Positions 1 to 11,934 of a stretch of DNA of 33,942 bases are shown here, piece after piece. Location of the stretch: positions 22,890,449 to 22,924,390 of the forward strand of contig NC_068981.1 of assembly GCF_001194135.2 (NCBI RefSeq), in the 5' to 3' direction. This DNA is from Octopus bimaculoides (Eukaryota). Within the stretch, counting starts at the first letter, position 1, and every line of letters begins with the position of its first letter. The notes beneath the pieces are model-generated. The model was not told where the DNA came from and ran no database searches. It saw only the letters and a list, made by a program, of their open reading frames with translations. The position numbers and the translations under genes were made by a program.

Positions 1-31
<31 letters not shown>

Positions 32-905
32 ACATAAACACACACAAATGCAATTTTCTCTCTTTCTTCATACATTTGATAAAAGTATAGATTTATTCTA
101 TATTTTTGTATGTTTTATTTCCAATTTCATGTATTTCCTATATTTTTTTTTTTTTTTTTTTATATCGAGAAGGTATATAGAAATATTGTCCTCATGACTA
201 GTAATATCCCCATGATATTCAGGTTTAGAAGTTGTAGAGTGTATGAGTTGTGTTTTCATGTTCGAGTGATGCTGTTTATCTTCATGTCACCTCTGATTAA
301 ATAGATCTGTTTATAAACCTTCCAACCATGCACACACCACCTTTTGTTCAACCATTGTGTAAGATCTTATTGTTCACTATAGTCCTTTTTTAAAAAGAAT
401 TGAGAGATATTTGATTACTATTTCTAACAACCATGTAGAGGATCCTTTGTTGGATTCATATTGTATTTGTTTTTAATAAGTTTTTTTATATATATTTATG
501 ATGATGGCAACCTTATTTTTAGATTTTATTTCAGATCTTAAAGCACTCCTGGGGATAAAATTCACCTTTATATATTTTGTTATTATATATTTAGTAATAT
601 CTAATTTAGACAAGTCAGTTGCTATAGACAGTTTTGTATTCTGGCATAAAAAAGAAGAAAGACAAACTGTTTTTACCTTACAATACCTCACTAAGTTAAA
701 GGAAAGCCTGGAAGGTAATTTAAAGATGTTATTGCCAGGAATATAAAGCAAGTTAATTAAAAATATAAAACCGTGGTCTGTCGTTTCATGAGTGTGCTAA
801 TAATAAATCTTATATTTTTACTGTAAATATAATTGCACCTTGTTTTTCAATTCTCAAAGAGGAACCGGGTATATTTTACTTGAGAGTCTTAAAGCAGAAG
901 ATACA

Positions 906-990
906 CACATCATCATCATCATCATTTAATTTCCATATTCCATGCTGGCATGGGTTGGACAGTTTTATAGGAGTCAATGAGATCCTATCA
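906..990 (-). mobile_element. 3' fragment of a SINE with RTE-type (GAT)n tail (family B/C here)
   Basis: (CAT)n followed by ttccatgctggcatgggttggacag, the same tail as the copies at 15445, 19903 and 21990-22040. Confidence 0.65.
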
Positions 991-1315
991 AACCATCCAA
1001 CTTATACCAGCTTTGATCATGGACCTCTAAAGCTATTGGAAAATCTACTGGGGTTTCTGTCAGTCAATGTTTACCATGCATTTGCACATATACATGCTAG
1101 GCTGGACTGGGGAAGATATTTTGAAGAAGACTAGCAGTTGCTGCCTATGCATGCAAGTCTCTCCTTTCTATACCACTGACTTGAGCCAATACAGCTTAGC
1201 ACCAGTTTTGCTATAGATGTTACCCCAAAACACAAAGAGACTGGACAGATACTACAAGGGTTCTTTCCTGACCCTCTAATTGTTCACCAATCCACTACCC
1301 TAGATTTAGGCATTT

Positions 1316-1450
1316 TTTTTTTTTTTTTATCAACTGCAAAAGGATGAAAGGCAAAGTTGATCACTGTGGGATTTGAACTCAGAAAGCAGAGATTCAGAAC
1401 AAATACCACAAGGCATTCTATCCAATAATCTAATAATTCTGACACTGCCA
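1316..1450 (-). mobile_element. Diverged tRNA-headed SINE (family D here)
   Basis: aaaggatgaaaggcaaagttga...ggatttgaactcag...aaataccacaaggcatt aligns with the younger copy at 12277-12507. Confidence 0.65.
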
Positions 1451-1659
1451 AGAGAAGATATCTTTATGACTTAGTTGTTGTTATTCAGATTTAAATTACA
1501 TCTTTGATTATCACTTTCCTTTTAGTTTATAAATCTCGTTAGCTAAATAGCTGGTATCAATCAAAATATAAAACAAAATGATAATGAAAGCTGCTGCTGC
1601 ATTATTATGGTCGTATCAATGATCTAAAATGTGCATATGTTTAGTTGTGTCCATTACAT

Positions 1660-1810
1660 TCTGGATTCAAGTCTCAGTGAAGTCAACTTTGTCTTTTATT
1701 CTTTCACACTAAAATAAATACCAGTAAATAATACAGATAAATGCAGCTGACTGTATCCATTATCCTAAATTTGAGGGCGACCTTGTTCCTATGTTAGCAA
1801 TCCTTATCAT
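1660..1810 (+). mobile_element. Diverged family D SINE
   Basis: ttcaagtctcagtgaagtcaactttgtcttttattctttc...aaataccagt resembles the family D central domain in + orientation. Confidence 0.5.
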
Positions 1811-1890
1811 TTGTTAAGTTTCAAAGTCTTCCATCATGCATTTACAACTTGATCATTAGTAACCATCCCTGTTATTTTTAAAAGAGAACG

Positions 1891-2004
1891 TTAACCCTTT
1901 TGATAACCAACTTACTTTCTATCATATAAACTTTCTATTAATATTTTTAAATGATCTAGCAAAAGCAGTGCATTTCAACAGAAATATGGTAACAAAAGAG
2001 TTTT
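1891..2004. mobile_element. Short piggyBac-like (TTAA-CCC) MITE remnant
   Basis: Left end TTAAcccttttgataacca; right end tggtaacaaaagagtt reverse-complements to aactcttttgttacca, an imperfect ~17-bp TIR. Confidence 0.5.
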
Positions 2005-2043
<39 letters not shown>

Positions 2044-2436
2044 TACTAAATGCATATATTGTGAATTGAATTTATATATTTATAGGAAGTTAATTGTATG
2101 GCTGGTCATAGAGTGACCAATGATTTTGCATCCATAAAGTGCTGATCCTTACAGACAGCTCATCAGACTCCAGTGGCTGTTGTTATATAACCTCTTTTCA
2201 AAATGAAGATAGAAAAGTATTACAGTCAGTTAATTTTGTAAACAAAAATATATATTGTCCAATCCTTAGGTGGGATGGGTTATCATGTTTAGATCAGTTC
2301 CAATCAGCAAATTTTTTATTGCCCTGGTGGTGCTAAACAGAATGACAAGTTAAATTTATGACCCAAGTAGGCTATGGCAGGATTTGATTTCTGAACACAA
2401 AGAGCCAGAACAAATGTATGTATGTATCTGCACCAT

Positions 2437-2620
2437 TTAACCCTTTAACATTCAAACCAACCATATCCTGCCCAAATATTCTACCTATTTTATGTTGAAA
2501 TCAGCCAAGGTTAGCTTTGCTTTTTCTCTTTTCACAAATGATAAAGAACTAATCCAGAGTACCAATCGCAGATTGCTGAATCTATTTGAGGATTTGACAA
2601 AATGCTTTGCAATATCTGTT
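2437..2620 (+). mobile_element. TTAACCC-ended non-autonomous DNA element fragment
   Basis: Begins ttaaccctttaacattcaaaccaaccatatcctgcccaaatattctacct; a related copy lies at ~31245-31345 (ttaatcctttagcat...cctacctgttt...cctacaatgtcattc). Confidence 0.5.
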
Positions 2621-2935
2621 CTGGCTTTGCATTCTGACAGTAATTTCTGCCACAACACAAGTACCAGGCTGTATCAACACAGCTTTCTTTTTGGTAAACA
2701 GTGGAGAAATGGAGAAGGAAGACTTGCATGCATGGGCAACTAACTATCTTTCTAAAAAAAACATCTTGCCCTAGCCTACCCATACATGCATAGATGAATG
2801 TTCAATTTCAAACTTTACCATCATACAACTACATTAGTTCCAATACAAGATCATAGACCAAGCCTCTTGCTAAACAGTTAGGGACAGCCAAATTTAGTCA
2901 ACTTCTAAATTAGTTTATTTTTATTTTTTATCCAG

Positions 2936-3075
2936 GAGTGGCGTTATCCAAGAAGGTGATCGGATTATATCCATTAATGGTCAAGAACTTGTGGATAAAA
3001 CATTCGATGAAGCAAATACATTGTTAAAAGAGTCTGGAACACGGTGTTTATTGGAAATAGAGTTTGATGTCACGG
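2936..3075 (+). CDS. GRIP1: GRIP-family multi-PDZ protein, internal exon A (C-terminal half of PDZ4)
   Basis: Acceptor ttttttatccAG (2934-35), donor G|GTTTGT (3076). 140 nt, phase 2 to 1. Translates SGVIQEGDRIISINGQELVDKTFDEANTLLKESGTRCLLEIEFDVT, matching the recalled GRIP1 PDZ4 segment [30 protein letters not shown]...LEIEFDVA. Symbol denotes the GRIP1/2 pro-ortholog. Confidence 0.93.
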
Positions 3076-3324
3076 GTTTGTTTTCCATTTCATTTTGTTG
3101 AAATTATTCTTTTCTGTTTTTTCCTTTTGTCTTTCTTTCGTCGTGGATGTGGAATTTTTTGTGATTGAAACAAAGTTGAATTCATATGTTTATCATATTT
3201 TACTTTAGCTGATTTAGTCTTTTGCTACTTTGAGTTTTGCCAATAGATGTTCAGGTGGTACCTTACTTGAAGCCCCTGTACACCTACAGGTAAAACTCAG
3301 ATTAGCAATGGTCTGACTTGACCA

Positions 3325-3362
<38 letters not shown>

Positions 3363-3510
3363 GGAGCAAATAATTCACAAAAAAATAATTTGCGACGATA
3401 TCATTGACTCTATTATTATCTAGTGTAACAATTTTAAAATGATAATAAAAGAATCAATAATATAGGCAATTGCAGGCCAAAAAAAAAGCATTAAATAGCT
3501 GAAGGATTAA

Positions 3511-3643
3511 AATTGATCAAAGGACATAGTAAGTATGTCGATCTATTGGAAATAAGTCAAAACTCTTATTTTGGCAATTTAAATAAGAGTTTTGACTGTT
3601 ATTTCCAGCAGGTAGATATGCTTAGTATATCCTTTGATTAATT
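3511..3643. repeat. Fold-back inverted repeat (~62-bp arms, 9-nt loop)
   Basis: Left arm aattgatcaaaggacatagtaag...gtcaaaactcttattt pairs with right arm aaataagagttttgac...cctttgattaatt; loop tggcaattt. Confidence 0.85.
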
Positions 3644-4142
3644 ATATATATGTATATATATTATCTGAAGCATACAATATTATATCCATTACGGCTGTTC
3701 TTTATATATGTATGTATATATATATATATATATATATAAATAAACCATAAAAGGTCAGGTGGTTTCAGTAATGAATATATTTATTTAACCACTGTTTCAA
3801 AGCTGTCATCATATAATTATAATTTTAGTATATAATGAATTATGTTTACATGTCTGTGGTTATGCATAATACAATTGCATATTTACAAATCAGTGCAGAT
3901 GAAGAAAGCCCATCAGGTCACCAGAACATCATGGTTGTGGCAATGCTTCAACTCTAACTTTTTATGGCTTATATATTTCTCAGGAAATTATCTCATGAAT
4001 TGGACCTCCTGGATTTCAACAGCATAGAATTCTGCATGATACTCCTCCATACTGGATTACTACGTGGTCTGCTAGCCAAGTCCACTAGAAAAGCTTTCTG
4101 TGTTATACACATGATTCTATGAATCCATATGTTTCTCTACAA

Positions 4143-4186
<44 letters not shown>

Positions 4187-4306
4187 TCACACATCATTGC
4201 AACATGTAGCTGCTCTTCAATCTGCTTCAAACTTTTGCTATAATATCAATTCAGAGAATTTTCCACACTTCTGTTATCGCTCATGCATATACAAGGGTAC
4301 ATGCAT

Positions 4307-4459
<153 letters not shown>

Positions 4460-4889
4460 GCTGCCAGGTCTACTTATTTCCTGGTAATCACCAACAACTT
4501 CCCAACTTCATTTAGTGATAACTTTTCTCTCTTCATTATCATTTAAGTTTCAAGTCTTCTCTCTATCTTTTCCTTTTCCCTTCCTTGATGATAACCAGGT
4601 TTATAATGAGATTCTGATAACCTGTTAACCAGTCACCAAAATAACCTATTTCCTAAAAATGTGGATTAAAACTCTTTCCTTCCTTTTAACCAGGATTACT
4701 GTTATCTGTTGAAGAATCTTTCTTTAAACATGGGTTCAGGTTTACTAACTGAATCTCAAAGTTCTCACTGAGAATTTTTATCTCTGAATACTTTTTAAGA
4801 ACTGGTTATGCTCTGTATTCTATGTATCAGCAACAGAAGAGTGGAATACTTTCAGAAATAGGTCAAAGAGTTTGTCTAGTTTATTTGAT

Positions 4890-5167
4890 AGGCACCATCA
4901 TGGTTTCATGGTTAAAAAGCTTGCTTTGCAACCATGTTACACCTCAGGCCGACCAAATGCTTCTGAGTGGATTTGCTAGATGGAAACTAAAAGAAGCCCA
5001 TCATATGTGTATAAATATGTTTGTCCCCCACCACAGTTTGATAACTGGTGTTGGTGTGTTTACATCCCTGTAGCCTAGCTGTTTGGCAAAAGAGAACAAT
5101 AGAATAAGTACCAGGCTTTAAAAAATATAAATCCGGGGTCGATTTGTTGAACTAAAAGCCCTTCAAA
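4890..5167 (+). mobile_element. Family A tRNA-headed SINE, diverged, with internal and 3' deletions
   Basis: Contains ggatttgctagatggaaactaaaagaagccc and ggcaaaagagaacaatagaataagtaccaggctt, homologous to the reverse complement of 8011-8506. Confidence 0.8.
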
Positions 5168-5169
5168 AT

Positions 5170-5542
5170 TTACTTTTTACTTGTTTTGGTCATTATACTG
5201 TGGCCATGCTGGGATTTCACCTTGAAGAATTTGAGTCGAATGAATTGACCACAGTACTTATGTTTTTTTTCAAGCCTGGTCTCTATTTCTATTCTATCGG
5301 TCTCTTTTGCCAAACTGCTCAGTTAGGAGAACATAAACACATCAGCAAGCAGTGGGGAGAGCAAACACAGACACAAAAAGACACACACATACAACTGTCT
5401 TCTTTCAATTTCTGACAATCAAATCCACTCACAAGTCTTTGGTCAGCTTGATGTTATAGTAGAAAACACCTGCTCAAGATGTCACATCGTGGGACTGAAC
5501 CCGGAGCCATGTGCTTGAGAAGCAAGCTTCTTACCACACAGC
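5170..5542 (-). mobile_element. Family A tRNA-headed SINE, diverged near-full-length copy
   Basis: Tail ttactttttacttg...ggccatgctgg, B-box complement gggactgaaccc, head agcttcttaccacacagc. Confidence 0.85.
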
Positions 5543-5720
5543 AATATCTGTATATAGAGAGAGAGCTTACAAATCCATTTACAGTGAGGTTATTGAGATT
5601 ATAATACATTTGTTACATCAAATAAATTCAATCATTCATGCATTATATTGCTTTTGGAAATTTACAGTTCTTCCATGGTTATCACATTTATTTATTTCTT
5701 CATTATCTCTTTTTTTATAG

Positions 5721-5798
5721 AATCTGTTCTTCCAAGTTCTGGAACATTTGTTGTCAAATTACCTCGAAGATCATATGGCCTAGGAATCACTGTCAATG
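5721..5798 (+). CDS. GRIP1: GRIP-family exon B (start of PDZ5 with carboxylate-binding loop GLGI)
   Basis: Acceptor ctttttttatAG, donor G|GTAAAT. 78 nt, phase 1 to 1. (E)SVLPSSGTFVVKLPRRSYGLGITVN versus recalled GRIP1 [27 protein letters not shown]. In frame with exon A. Confidence 0.95.
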
Positions 5799-5869
5799 GT
5801 AAATATTCATTTTTTAATTTTTACCACTTTGAAATGTTTTACACAGGTTTATATGCTGATAGATGAATA

Positions 5870-5902
<33 letters not shown>

Positions 5903-6037
5903 GTGTGTGTGTGTGTGTATATATGTATGTATATGTGTGTACGAATGTATATATGTATGTATATATATGTGTATATATATATATATATATGTATGTATAT
6001 ACATATTTGTGGATATTTATATATGTATGTGTATGTG

Positions 6038-6068
<31 letters not shown>

Positions 6069-6071
6069 GTG

Positions 6072-6103
<32 letters not shown>
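5870..6103. repeat. Mixed (TG)/(TA)/(TATG) microsatellite
   Basis: Direct reading. Confidence 0.95.
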
Positions 6104-6104
<1 letters not shown>

Positions 6105-6412
6105 TAATCGAAGTGTACAGCATTATATATCCATTACAGCTAATCTTACCATTGAGGGTTCAATGGAGTGTTAGGTAACAGTCTGATTATGTAACATTGC
6201 ACTCAACAGAGGTGGGCATTATGGAATGAAATATGGTGACTAGTCTCTAAGAGTGCAAAACTAGTTGGTAAGATCAGCCATAATGGATATATAATGCTGT
6301 ACACTTCGATTAATATACCCACTCTACTGACATATATACGAGTGCATTTTATCCTGACTTATGGACTCTTAGACAGCTTACACACACACACGTGCACACA
6401 CACATCATAGAC

Positions 6413-6664
6413 GGACAATTCTTTGACAGACAGTTGGTTGACAGACAACTTACAGACAGGACAATTGTGTGGTATAGTGCAGAGTTTTATTGCCAGACAT
6501 AGGGTGTTCCAGCAGCCACCCTCTTGACCCAGGACAGCACAGCTTCCTCCAGGCACTTGTTGTTAGTCTCCATGTTGAGTCTGAGGCAGTGTGGGAATTG
6601 TCTGTTGGTGAATTGTCTATCAGTGAATTGTCTGATGGCGAATTGTCTGTTGACAAATTATCTG
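6413..6664. mobile_element. Foldback-like MITE with inverted arrays of a 15-bp unit
   Basis: Left: about four GACAATT-type units (6413-6475). Right: five tgaattgtctgttgg-type units (6594-6664), the reverse complement of the left units. Confidence 0.6.
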
Positions 6665-6766
6665 CACATGCCTATATATATATTCTGTATTTTCTGAAAT
6701 GAAAGCACAACCAAGGTGAAGACACCATTCTGACTAATACATAATACATATGTAATGTCAGTGTGC

Positions 6767-7012
6767 AGAAGGCTTAAATGAAATGAAGCTAGTATGCTTC
6801 ACTGGATGTGCAATGTCAGTGTGCATGTACAACAGAGTGTGATTGTCTTAAGAGCAAAACTGAACACAAGAGGCATCAGATGTGGTGTGCATGAAAGGCA
6901 ACTGCACTGGTAGGGTCATATGGTGCATATGAACAAGGACAGCTGTGTAAAGAAGTGCTGAAGTTTAACTGTGGAGGGAACCTGTGGAAGAGGTAGACCT
7001 AAGAAGACATGG
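6767..7012 (+). mobile_element. Decayed RTE-clade LINE, C-terminal ORF fragment
   Basis: Translates RRLK*NEASMLHWMCNVSVHVQQSVIVLRAKLNTRGIRCGVHERQLHW*GHMVHMNKDSCVKKC*SLTVEGTCGRGRPKKTW, the typical RTE post-RT tail (MLRWM...RLRWYGH...GRGRPKKTW) with three stops. Confidence 0.85.
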
Positions 7013-7297
7013 TTGATGGAAACTGAAAGAAGTCTGTTGCATGTGTGTGTGTTTGTGTGTGTGCATACCTTTGTTTTGACATCATGTGATGGTTGTAAAT
7101 GAGCATCACCATCATGTAAGCAATGTTGATTGTTTTCTGTCATCCTTGAAAAACATATCTGGCCATGAGGAAACGTGAGAAGGTAAACAGTTTAGGGTTG
7201 GTGACAGGAAATGCATTCAGCCAGAGAAAATCTACCTCAACAGACTCCATCTGACCCTTGCGAGCATGGAAATATGGACATTAAAATGATAACGATG
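7013..7297 (+). mobile_element. Headless SINE body (family C here) with (GAT)n-type tail
   Basis: gatggaaactgaaagaag...gggttggtgacaggaaatgcattcagcc...gcatggaaatatggacattaaaatgataacgatg; related segments at 9950-10195 and 13910-14010. Confidence 0.75.
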
Positions 7298-7369
7298 CTT
7301 ACATTTTGTGTAAAATAGTTATTATTGATTACAATGGTTTCCAACTGGCCAGTCACTGTTTCGTTAGGT

Positions 7370-8772
<1,403 letters not shown>

Positions 8773-8944
8773 AGCTCATCTGAACATCAGTGGGACAAGT
8801 TGAGTATCTTTATCTCAGTATAAAACACATACGATTAGAGTTTCTGATTAAAGAGCACCAGATTTTGCGGTTCTTTATCACCACTTAGATCACTTGCTGA
8901 TAAAGTCTCATAAAAGATACATACATATGTGCATACATAAGTTG

Positions 8945-9120
8945 CAGGTGTGGCTGTGGTTGAGAAAGTTGCTTTACCATAACATGGTCTTGTATTTGAT
9001 TCCCTCTGTGTGGTACTTTGGGCAAGTGTCTTCTGATATAGCTCTTGACAAACCAAAGCCTTATGAATGGATTTGGTTGATGGAATCTGAAAGAATCCCA
9101 TTGTATGTACATATGTGTAT
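8945..9120 (+). mobile_element. Family A SINE 5' half, diverged
   Basis: gcaggtgtggctgtgg...ctttgggcaagtgtcttct...ggatttggttgatggaatctgaaagaatccc. Confidence 0.8.
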
Positions 9121-9126
9121 ATTACT

Positions 9127-9436
9127 GTTCTATATTTTAGAGATGAGGAATTCTGTACATTATTTACATTGGACGGATATATGTCTTCATCTTGTTTGTT
9201 ATTGCCACAACGTTTCGGCTGATTTACTCTCCAACCTTTTGAACCTAACCTTGGGTTCTCATTCCTAAAATATTTTTTGCTGATGTTACTGTTATTATTT
9301 ATTCAAGGCACTGCCTGGAATTGAACTCAGAATCTTGGGGTTAGAAGCCCATACTCCTAACCATATGGTTAAGAGCATGGGCTACTAACCCCGAGATTCC
9401 AAGTTCAATTCCAGGCACTGCCTTAAATAAATAATA

Positions 9437-9469
<33 letters not shown>

Positions 9470-9594
9470 TCAGCAAAAAATACCTTAGGAATGAGAACCC
9501 CAGGTTGGGTTCAAAAGGCTGGAGAGTAAATCAGTCGAAATGTGGTAACAACAAACAAGATGAGGACACATAACCGTCCAGTGTAAATGATGTA
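9127..9594. repeat. Head-to-head palindrome of a tRNA-headed/Penelope-tailed repeat, no spacer
   Basis: Centre taaccat|atggtta at 9364/9365. Arms pair over ~210 nt with scattered mismatches; extra (TAA)n in the right arm. Confidence 0.9.
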
Positions 9595-9945
9595 AACAAG
9601 AGCACTCAGAGCCTCTGCCAAGTCAACACCAGCATCCTCCCAATGATTATCCTGAGATGATTTTTAAAATGAGAATATCTGAAATAAACTCAACTGCTCT
9701 CACAACTGAGAATATCAAAAATGAACCTGACCACTCTCAAAACTTAAGTAAAAAACCCTGAAAAATAATCCAGAATCCTTGTCTGGTACCTGATCGATCC
9801 CAAAATTTAATGAGTTCATGCCAGTCATGAGGTCAAACATCCCTGAAAGTTTCATCCAAATCCATCCAGCGGTTCTTCAGATATCTTGTCCACAAACAAA
9901 CATGACTGAAAACAATATCTCTGCCTTCACTAAGGCAGAGGTAAT
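9595..9945 (-). mobile_element. Helentron/HINE (DINE-1-like) non-autonomous element
   Basis: Terminal hairpin atctctgcctt-cact-aaggcagaggt (9917-9942), short (CAAA)n near it, and a second copy cctctgccaag (9612-22) near the opposite end next to aacaagag. Superfamily assignment is by architecture only. Confidence 0.55.
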
Positions 9946-9949
9946 GATA

Positions 9950-10195
9950 TGTGTATATGTTTGTCTCCTTGTCTTGGCATTGTGTGATAGGCATGAGTCA
10001 CTGTCACACGAACATTGTCATTCATTTGCAATGTTTCCATGTGTGACCATGGGGGGAAATATTACCACACTTAGAAACAGGTGAGGTTTGGTAAAAGGGA
10101 GGTCATACAGCCATAGAATATTTACCTCAATAAACTCCATCTGACTCTCATATAAACATGAAAAAGTAGATGCTAAAACAGTGATGATGGTGATA
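9950..10195 (+). mobile_element. Family C SINE body
   Basis: ccttgtcttggcatt...ggaaatattacc...aggtgaggtttgg...cagccatagaa...gatgctaaaacagtgatgatg, homologous to 7013-7297. Confidence 0.7.
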
Positions 10196-10659
10196 AAGTC
10201 ATTGATCAAATCAAGGCTTTGGTAGGAGGGATTTACCCAAGATGTCATGTGGAAGGATCAAACCAGGAACTACCAATTGCAAAGTAAATTTCTAAAAAAC
10301 CACACAGCCAAGGAATCAAAAGGAAGATGAGACTAAATAACAGTGTCTGGCAAAACAACAGATAGTATCTGCCATTCCACTTCCATAATATATAAACATA
10401 TAAATAGATTAAGTTTACCTTCAGGCTACCTTTCACTGACTTTCAGACTTAATTCCTTGTAATTTGCCAATTATTTCATTGCTGCTGTTTCCTCTTCTGG
10501 CTGTTTTGGAATAAAAAACAGGTTTGAAGCATTAAGAAACGTTAAACCCCTTTTTCCTGCTTAATACTGGCTTATGGCAACTTAAATTTGTATCAACAAT
10601 AAGAACAAAAATAGAAATTGTCACTTTGGAATGGTGATTATCATAACTGCTATCCCTAC

Positions 10660-11110
10660 TATCAACATCATCATCATCATAATAAAGATCATTATAACCA
10701 TCATAAATATCATCATCATAAACACCACCACCACCACCATCGTTATCATCATCATAAACATCATTATCATGATAATCACCACCACCACCACTATCACTAT
10801 CATACATCACTCGTTGCCTCCATCATTCTAAATATCATTATCATAATCACCATTGTCATGAATAATATCATTGTCATAAACAACATCGTTATCAATATTG
10901 TCACCATTCTTATAAATATAGTAATCATCATTTTCATCAATATTGTCTTCATAAATGCATCACCATCATCATTATAAACATCATAAACATCATTATTTTC
11001 ATAAACATCATCAACGTGACTATTGCATCAAGAATAACTGCCACTGGAGACACTGTCATCTTTATCACCATTATCACCACTCCACATTATCATCATCATC
11101 ATAAACAGCA
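10660..11110. repeat. Degenerate (CAT)/(CAC) trinucleotide repeat
   Basis: Direct reading; produces the poly-His, poly-Ile and poly-Asp ORFs in the track. Confidence 0.93.
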
Positions 11111-11934
11111 TCACTCTCACCACAAAAACAACTACCCCCATTATTCACTCATATTCAGATTACAAGCAAAAAAACAAAAAGAAACTGAAGCCAGTTTCAT
11201 TCCTAGAATTCAATAAAAATCTCATGCAAATTAGTTATTGGTCAACAATGGAAAAACCAAAAGATGGCAATGAAAAAAAAAATGTCACACTTTCATAGTT
11301 AAAGATATGATCTGAAACTCAAATACTACAAAGGTAGTTAGCCGTTATTAAACCATCTCATAATCAATAAGGAAGAACAATGCCTACCATGGGAAACAAA
11401 GTGCACACAGGCACAGTTGTGTTTCAGTTTTTTGGTCCATGTTGATTGACTATTGCAAGCAAATAGACGCAGAAATTGCTGATGTATGTACACATCACAA
11501 TCCATTCCGTATGGTGCCTTTCAATATACAGCTAATTCTACTAATATAAACATGCTGGATCTCTGAAAAAAACACCAGAGAAGTGATGAGATGCTTTCAA
11601 CTAGAATTACAACATTGAACTTCTATTAAGGCAACAGCAACAACGATTACAACCATGTAGAGATTCCCTGTTGAAGATGCATGTTCATAGCCCAGTAAAT
11701 TTGTCTGAACTTCCGAAAAATACTATTGATTCCTCTGTTATTGCACATATTCCATGGTGATGCTCCAGCATGACTGCAACCGCATGACTGAATTGAGTAT
11801 AAAAGAATAAAAGAATATTCTGTTTCTTCTTTTTCTTCTTTATTCTCTTCAGGAAATGATTCTTGTTTTCCTGTATTTTAGCACCTTCACGAAATGATTA
11901 ACTTTTATCTATTCTGGTTTTCTTCATTTTGTAG

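Noticed and set aside
498-746. 82-aa ORF with a possible acceptor (tttcAG ~534) and donor (GAAG|GTAATT ~714)
   Set aside because: No similarity to the expected upstream GRIP PDZ4 exon (GFGIQLQG...SPAER-like) or any family I recognise; AT-rich chance ORF.
10532-11216. His-rich, Ile-rich and Asp-rich ORFs
   Set aside because: These are translations of a (CAT)n-type repeat in several frames on both strands, with no splice or homology support.
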